From assembly GCA_964016885.1 (NCBI GenBank), contig OZ024740.1:190092001-190156000 (forward strand): a stretch of DNA of 64,000 bases, written 5' to 3'. The notes beneath the pieces are model-generated. The model did not search any database and had not been told where the DNA came from. It saw nothing but the letters and a program-made list of their open reading frames with translations. The stretch is from Eledone cirrhosa (taxonomy: Eukaryota). The translations under genes were made by a program, and so were the position numbers. Positions 56,455 through 64,000 of the stretch are shown here, piece by piece (positions within the stretch are counted from its first letter, which is position 1; the number at the start of each line of letters is the position of its first letter).

Positions 56455-59400
56455 TTGTTTTTCATTTATCTTGCTTTATGTTCATACGAGTTATCATCAA
56501 GTCACAACCATTGATCTCAAGAGACAACAAGGTCCGCAATATACTAGAAAACACATACACACACATATGTTTACACTTGTGATGTATTTGTATTGACAGA
56601 ATCTCCCTTAGTATATAGGCAGTCCAGATTTGTAATATCTTTTGTATTTCTTTACACGCAGGTTTTATGGTATTTTGGATAAGTAATCATTAGACCCCTT
56701 AGGTATCATTCCTAGTGTGCCTACAACCACTGGTATGGTTTTAGTTCTCAAATTCCACATTTTTCCAATCTCTGTTTCCAGGTTTCTATACTTGCTTAAT
56801 TTTTCAAATGTTTCTATAGATACATAATTGTCTATAGATACATAATTTTCAATTAGCAAGCATACCCTCTTTTTAAAGTCCTTCAGTATTATACCAGGTC
56901 TACTTGCATCTATTTTTCGGTCTGTTTTTACGCTAATGTTCCATGAAATTGAGATGTGTCCTTTTATCAAATATGGGAGGTGGTTGATGCTCCCACCAAT
57001 TCTCACGATAGGGCTGGTTATAATGCTTGCACATTACCCAATATATGTATTGTGCCGCTCTGTCGTGCCTGTTTAGGTATTCGGTTGGAGCTATAGGACT
57101 GCACATTGAAATTATATGATCAATGGTCTCTATTTGCTTTTTACAAACACGGCATAATGGGTTGCATCCATTTTAATTGATGTTGGCTTGATAATGTTTT
57201 GTTGGCAGACATACTCTTGTGCTGATATAATCAGTCCATCAGTTTCCGTTTTCAGTCCAGGGGATGCCAACCACTGATGGGTTAAAGCTTCGTCATCGTC
57301 AGGATTGTTAGCTCCTACTGGGTATTCTCCATGAAGAGGCTTTTTTGCCATTTCTTAGCCCGTGCTTTTAGCAGTTCTTTCTTTATAGTTAATTTCACAT
57401 GCTTTGATTTTTCATTTCAGCAGTAAAGGGAACTTTTGAAATTTATAGTTCATTACTGTATCTTTGTGCATCTTTTGTAATGGAGTATGATCTTTTGTTG
57501 CTTTCATGTTTTAAAACGAGTTTGATCATCCAATCATGTGACTCCCTGAGATACATAGATAAACCACTTGTTGCAGTTTTCAAAGAATTATCTAACTGGA
57601 TTAATCCATGTCCTTCTTCTTTCCTAGGGAGATATATTCTATCTGTATCTGCCTTAGGATGATGCATTCTGTGCATAGTTAAGAATTTTCTAATTTTCGT
57701 ATCAAGTTTACGGGTCTCTGGGCTTGGAAAGTTGATGACAGTGAAACTTAAGTTACTACTAGTATGGCAAGTGTCTTTATGGCATCGATCCTATTTGTTG
57801 CATTCAAATCCGTTCTAAATAATTGCTCTTTCTCTGCGATAACATTTCTTCCTTATCCTTTCCCTAGTTGTCGAGTGCTTGACTGTTTCTTCGTCACAAA
57901 CACCTAGATATTTATAGGTTTCTTGTTGATCAAGTTCTCTTATCACATTCCCACGGTTAAGATTAAATACTGAACTTCTCAACAGCTTTCCTCTGGTGAA
58001 CGTGGCTTTGGCGCATTTATGTAGTCCAAATTCCATTTTAATATCATCACTCAACTTCTTCACGGTGGATAATACCTCTTGCAATTCCCCATCATTTTTG
58101 TAAACAGCTTCAGGTCATCCATGTAGAAGAAGTCAATAAGGGTTTCGTCATAGACTTTATAACTATGTTTTGCTATATTTAATGGTATAAGTGCGATGCA
58201 GAATAAAACAGGTGATAAATAGTCACCCTGCCAAAATACACAGTTAATATTAACGTCCCCAGCTTTCAATGATTTTTTTTCACTATTCAAAATGAGCGTT
58301 GTTTTCTAGGTTTCATACTGATTGACAAGAGCCTCCTGTCAACGGAAGATATTTTGAAAATCTCTAAACACATTGCAATTCAACTGTGTGACAAATTATC
58401 AAATACTTATTTGTAATTTATCCAAACAATTGATAGATTTTTGTGCCCATTATAACAATCTTCCAGAATCATATTGTTAATCAAAAGCTGACTCTTACAG
58501 TCATATGAGCCTCGTTTATATCCTTTCTGCTCATTGGGAACATTTGGTATCAGGTGATCATATCTATATTCAGATAGGATTGATGTTAAGTTTGTATACC
58601 TGGTGGTCAAGCAAGTTATCGGTCTGTAATTTTTTGTCGTTAACTAGCGATGGCGGTATCTTTTGTGGCTCATTAGTCATGTCATTATAAATTTGGGCTA
58701 ATAGCTCATGAGACTCTGTGATGGTATTTGTATTTGGTCTTTCTCTGAGGATTTCCATTTGCTGGATTTTCTAAGAGCTAAACGGAGATGTTCAACTATT
58801 ATATTTTCCCTTATTTGTTCCTAAAGGTGAACTGTATGTTTCATGTGTCTGTCTATCCATGGGGCATCTATATTATGAACTGTTTCTTAGGCCCAGATCT
58901 TTTTCCAAAATTCTAGCACTTCTTCCTAGGATGGTATTGATGTAGCAGTTATTGTTGACTTGCCAATGTTTTTGTAGAAGTTTGTGTGGTTGATTTTGAA
59001 CATATTATTGTCCTTATAAAATCTGGAGCATTTTTCAAAGCGCTCATACGAGCGGCTTTGGCCGACAATTTTTATTTGATTGTGTCTATGATCATGTGTA
59101 TGTCGCTTGTTCATTGTATATTGTATTTTGTTTCAATTTTTTATGTTTTTATCGAAGGAGGTTCATTTGGCGATTGATGATCGCTTGTTAAGTAGGTTTT
59201 TTTGTAGGCATTCCTTTGTTTTTTCATTTACACTCCACATAAGCGAATGGTGACTTTAGCCGATGCATTATAGAGATGGTTTAGTTCAGTAATATTTAAT
59301 TTATTTGTGGTGATAATGTCTTTGAGAGCTATGCGAATCTTGCGTATCATCCTGGTTTTGTTTGGAGTTCTGGAGTTTAGGGATGGTGTCTCGTTACTAC

Positions 59401-60140
59401 ATGTCATATTCTTTCATTTTCATCTATTCGATCATAATTTCATTCTTCAATTTGGTGAGTTCATTCGCATTCATTTCTTTATCATGATGATATTTTCAAT
59501 GTTTTCATTTTGAGTTTCATCTTGAACATGTACTCCTTCCACTTTTTCAAATCTTTCATTAATTTGTTCCGCTGTCAGTGATTCCGCTCGCACCCTGGGA
59601 CTTAAGGTGTTATATTTACTTCGATTTCACTGACACATGTTCCATTTTCCCTTTGATGAATTTGCGTTAATTGCTTGATCTGATCAAATTCTATGTTAGT
59701 AATTTCTCCTTAACAATGTTTCTTCGTATATTAGCTAGTTTGTTACTGCCAATATGATCTCTGTTTTCATGATGATTCTTTTTCCAGTTCATATATGTTT
59801 GTTCTGTATCCTAACTATTTGATGGGCATAGTAGAAAGCCTCAAGGACTGCCTTATTGGCTTGCCGTGACCATTTTCATTATTTACTTTACATTTCCTGG
59901 TGGTGAGCATGAGGGACGCAGCCCTTGTTGACCCGGGTGACGGCCGATCAGGCTTTAGTTATTTTATTATTTGACATTGGATTTATTTTGTTGCGTTTTA
60001 TCCTTATCTGCCAAGGGGTAATTATATCGAGTTAACACTCCAAGGACGAGTGTCAACCAAGACTAGAGAGGTCGTCCTCCCCAAGAGACACAGCTATTCG
60101 CCGCCGGCCGCCAACATGATATTTCTTGGTCACGTTTTTT
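56455..60140 (-). mobile_element. Old near-full-length R4/Dong-type LINE (same family as 61610-64000)
   Basis: Colinear decayed ORF pieces (FYMDDLKLF, HPKADTDRIYLPRKE, KLSKYRNLE). The 3'UTR matches 61610-61750. Abuts a degenerate (TAT/TGT)n tract. Confidence 0.88.
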
Positions 60141-60269
60141 TCTATTGTTATTATTATACATGTTTCCGTAATGTGAGCCCTGTCTGGTTATATTTATAAT
60201 ATAAATATGGCACTTGTTGATGTTACCCTGGTTGTTGTTGTGGTTGGCTATGCGATTCGTGAAAATCAG

Positions 60270-60612
60270 CCTGCCACTCTCTTCTTTGACTGGGAAGGGG
60301 AGGCTGCTCTTCCCTGTCTGGTGACTGTGGTGAAAGAAGTTCTATGATAGATGCAGCTGAAGGGCCTGAAAACAGACACTTTCTCGTCTGAACATGCACT
60401 AGTAGGCTTCATCATTTAGGGAAAAGGTGGGCGTGCTGGGAGAGTAGGCGGCTTTAAGATATGGTTGGTACTCTCCGTATTGGGGAATATATATTGTTAT
60501 CATTGTATTATTTAGTGTTATTTATTATCATTTATTACAATATTTTATGTACGGCCACTGTCCATATGATTGTAATTTTCCTACAGGTTCAGCTTCTCTG
60601 GCCAATAAATGA
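60270..60612 (+). mobile_element. Tx1-like LINE 3' end remnant
   Basis: TGTCTGGTGACTGTGGTGAAAGAAGTTCTATGATAG..AAGGGCCTGAAAACA parallels 2818-2880. Ends AATAAA, then (TTA)n. Confidence 0.62.
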
Positions 60613-60627
60613 ATTATTATTAATGTT

Positions 60628-61428
60628 GTTATTCCTTGAATCTCAGTCATTGATGTTGGTTAACTGGAAAGTCCGTTGGATTGAATATCAAGCCACTACC
60701 TGCAGCCTCAGATATTCAGGACGTATCGGAGGGTTCTTGCTGTTCCAAGCAAGCATGCCTTTTGAAGCGTTCCAAAAAGCGTGAAGGGGCCGATTTTCTT
60801 TAACCATCCCTGGACACTTTTGGAGATAGTCCCCAGTGCGCCTATGACAATCGGGATCACTTTGACTTCATGGCAGTTCCAAATCCTTTTCACCTCCCAC
60901 TTTAGGTCCTGGTATCGGTTAATTTTCTCCCTCTCCTTCCCTTGCACTCTCGTGTCGAACAGGCAGGCCACATCCACAATCAGACACGATCTTTTTTCTT
61001 TGTCCACAACCACCAGGTCAGGTCTATTGTGTTCCAGTTTCTTGTCCGTCTGTATCCTAAAATCCCACAGCACCTTCACCTGATCGTTCTCTATCACCGC
61101 CTCTGGCCTATGCTCATACCATTTCTCAGAATGTGGTAAATTGTTTACTTTGCACAGGTGCCAGTGGATCACCCTGCCCATCACATCATGTCTCCAGCCC
61201 ATATAGTGGGTCTGAGCTAGGTGTCTACACTCGGATACAATGTTAGCCACAGTCTCCTCTCTCTCTCCACAGATCCTGCACAGTGGGCTAGCCTCCTCCT
61301 TGTAAATATGATGTTTCAACCTCTTCGTTTTGAGGGCCTGCTCCTGCGCAGCCATTAATATTCCTTCTGTAGCCTTTTTAAGGTCTCCTCTTCTCAACCA
61401 GTTCCATGTCTGTGGATCTCTAAATTCA
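60628..61428 (-). mobile_element. 5'-truncated R4/Dong-type LINE (CCHC + RLE)
   Basis: ORF 60708-61397: CRICGEREETVANIVSEC, WRHD, NRPDLVVVD..LIVDVA, KINRYQDL, VIGALG. Confidence 0.9.
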
Positions 61429-61429
61429 G

Positions 61430-61610
<181 letters not shown>

Positions 61611-61750
61611 TGCATTTATCTTGCTTTATGTTTATACGAGTTATCACCAAGTCACAACCAGTGACCTCAAGAGACAACAAGGTCCGCCATGTTCAAGAAA
61701 GAACACACATATTCACACATGCATCCTTAGTGTTTAGACTTGTGATGTAC

Positions 61751-64000
61751 TTATATTGACAGGATCTTCCTTAGTATATGGGCAGTTCCCATTAGTACTA
61801 TCTTTTGCATTTCTCCTATACGCGGGTTTCCTGGGATTTGCGATAAGTAGTCGTTAGACCCCTTAGGTATCATTCCCAGAGCGCCTACAACCACTGGTAT
61901 TGTTTTAGTTCTCAATTTCCACATGTTTCCAATTTCTATCTCCAGGTCCTTATACTTGCTCAATTTTTCAAATGTTTTTATAGATACATTCTTGTCTATT
62001 GTAACAGACATATCAATTAGCAGGCATACCCTCCTTTGAAAGTCCTTCAATATTATATCAGGTCTATTTGCATCTATTTTTCGGTCTGTTTGGATGCTAA
62101 AGTTCCACAAGATTGAGATGTGATATTTTTCAAGTATGGGAGGTGGTGGATGCTCCCACCAATTCTTTTGATGGGGCAGGTCAAAATGCTTACACATTAT
62201 CCAATGTATGTATTGTGCAGCTCTGTCATGCCTGTTTAGGTATTCGGTTGGACCTATAGGACTGCACATTGAAATTATATGGTCAATGGTCTCTGGTTGT
62301 TTTTTGCATACACGGCATAATGGGCTGCACCCATTTTTTATTATGTTGGCTTGGTAATTTTTTGTTGGCAGACACTGATCTTGTGCGGATATAATCAGTC
62401 CTTCAGTCTCCGATTTCAGTCCAGAGGATGCCAACCACTGATGGGTTAATGTTTTGTCAACATCAGGATTGTTAGCTCGCTCTGGGTATTTTCCATACAG
62501 AGGCTTTTCTTGCCATTTCTTAGCCAGTTTCTGTAGCAGTTCTTTCTTTGCAGTTACTTTTACCTGCTTTGCTTTTTCTGTGTTTTCCATTTCAGCAGTA
62601 AATGGGACTTCTGAAATTTGTAGTCCATTACTGTATCTTTGTGCATCTTTTGTAATGGAATATGATCTTTTGGTGCTTTCGTGTTTCAAAACGAGTTTGA
62701 TCATCCAATCATGTGATTCCCTTAGATATGTGGATAATCCAATTGTTGCAGTTTTCAACGCAATGTCTAACTGGATTAACCCACGTCCTCCTTCTTTCCT
62801 AGGGAGATATATTCTATCTATGTCTGCCTTAGGGTGATGCATTCTGTGCATGGTTAAGAATTTTCGGATTTTTGTATCGAGCCTACGGATCTCTGTGCTT
62901 GACCAGTTGATGACATTGTAACTGTAGGTTACTACTGGTATGGCAAGCGTGTTTATGGCATCGATCCTATTCCTTACATTCAATTCCGTTCTTAAGATAG
63001 TTCTGACTCTGCGGTAACATTCCTTCCTTTTCCTTTCCCTCATTGTCGAGTGCTTGATTCCGTCTCCTTCACAAACACCTAGATATTTGTAAGTTTGTTC
63101 TTGATCAAGCTCTCTTATCACGTTCCCCCGATCAAGATTAATGTCTGAACTCTTCAGCAGCTTTCCTCTGGTGAACGTTGCTTTGGCGCATTTATCCAGT
63201 CCAAACTCCATTTTAATGTCATCACTGAACTGCTTCACAGTGGATAATAGCCCTTGCAATTGTTCATCATTTTTTGCGAATAGTTTCAGGTCATCCATGT
63301 AGAACAGGTGATTAATGGTTTTGTCATAGACTCTATATCCATGTTTTGTTTCATTGAGAATTTTACTTAATGGTATAAGTGCGATGCAGAATAAAAGCGG
63401 TGATAAAGAGTCACCCTGAAAAATTCCACAATTAATGTTAACTTCTCCAGCTTCCAGTGATTTTGTTTCACTATTCAAAAGGAGTGTCGTTCTCCATGTC
63501 CTCATACTGAATGACAAAAACCTCCTGACAACGGGGGATATTTTGAAAATCTCTAAACATTTTTCAATCCAACTGTGTGGCAAACTATCAAATGCTTTTT
63601 TATAATCTATCCAAGCAATCGATAGATTTTTGTGTCTATTATGACAATCTTCCAGTATCATTTTGTTAACCAGAAGCTGATCCTTACAGCCATATGAGCC
63701 TCGTTTACACCATTTCTGCTCAATGGGAAATAGGTAAATTGTTATCAGGTGGTCATATGTGTATTCAGTTAGGACTGATGTTAAAATTTTATACATTGTG
63801 GTCAAGCAGGTTATCGGTCTGTAATTTTGGGGATTGTTTGTCTCATCATTCTTCGGTAGCAGGAATGTAATGCCGTTAACTAGCCATGATGGTATCTTTT
63901 CTGGCTCCTTAACTATTTCATTGTAAAGTTGGGCTAACAGCTCATGAGACTCGGTGAAGGCATTTATCCAAAAGTTTTGTATTTTGTCTTTTCCTGGGGA
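61751..64000 (-). CDS. R4/Dong-clade non-LTR retrotransposon polyprotein (RT + CCHC + restriction-like endonuclease); 5' part beyond the window
   Basis: The frame is open from the window edge (SPGKDKIQNFW..NYRPITCL) to the stop at 61751. WIDYKKAFDS, GIFQGDSLSPLLF, FYMDD, CRVC..H....C, RHD, RPD..LID, KLSKY. 3'UTR 61610-61750 followed by (TAA)n. Confidence 0.93.
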   Translation of the reverse strand, partial: SPGKDKIQNFWINAFTESHELLAQLYNEIVKEPEKIPSWLVNGITFLLPKNDETNNPQNYRPITCLTTMYKILTSVLTEYTYDHLITIYLFPIEQKWCKRGSYGCKDQLLVNKMILEDCHNRHKNLSIAWIDYKKAFDSLPHSWIEKCLEIFKISPVVRRFLSFSMRTWRTTLLLNSETKSLEAGEVNINCGIFQGDSLSPLLFCIALIPLSKILNETKHGYRVYDKTINHLFYMDDLKLFAKNDEQLQGLLSTVKQFSDDIKMEFGLDKCAKATFTRGKLLKSSDINLDRGNVIRELDQEQTYKYLGVCEGDGIKHSTMRERKRKECYRRVRTILRTELNVRNRIDAINTLAIPVVTYSYNVINWSSTEIRRLDTKIRKFLTMHRMHHPKADIDRIYLPRKEGGRGLIQLDIALKTATIGLSTYLRESHDWMIKLVLKHESTKRSYSITKDAQRYSNGLQISEVPFTAEMENTEKAKQVKVTAKKELLQKLAKKWQEKPLYGKYPERANNPDVDKTLTHQWLASSGLKSETEGLIISAQDQCLPTKNYQANIIKNGCSPLCRVCKKQPETIDHIISMCSPIGPTEYLNRHDRAAQYIHWIMCKHFDLPHQKNWWEHPPPPILEKYHISILWNFSIQTDRKIDANRPDIILKDFQRRVCLLIDMSVTIDKNVSIKTFEKLSKYKDLEIEIGNMWKLRTKTIPVVVGALGMIPKGSNDYLSQIPGNPRIGEMQKIVLMGTAHILRKILSI

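Noticed and set aside
60030-60085. Canonical HDV-like ribozyme
   Set aside because: A P1-like helix is present, but the L3 CC and the P3-P1 adjacency do not fit; reported only as an unclassified structure.

Overview
AT-rich eukaryotic DNA made almost entirely of retroelements and (TA)n/(CA)n/(GA)n/(TAA)n tracts. The SINE family and microsatellite density suggest a cephalopod (Octopus-like) genome, which is an inference. No host gene can be called confidently. Contents: decayed Tx1/L1-clade LINEs, CR1-like and RTE LINE fragments, a stack of R4/Dong-type restriction-like-endonuclease LINEs in (TAA)n (one with an uninterrupted ORF running off the right edge), tRNA-derived SINEs with TSDs, non-autonomous Helitrons, and at least five families of Penelope-like elements (PLEs; RT plus C-terminal GIY-YIG, four of them Naiad-like). 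The main signal is a coherent PLE system. The Naiad-like families each carry their own type-I hammerhead ribozyme near the 3' end, one with a ~105-nt stem II. Insertions sit in (TA)n, with an empty site visible in the window. They repeatedly form head-to-head inverted duplications from ~125 bp to ~7 kb with one short and one long 3' end, and they carry kilobase TA/CA arrays as 3'UTR cargo.
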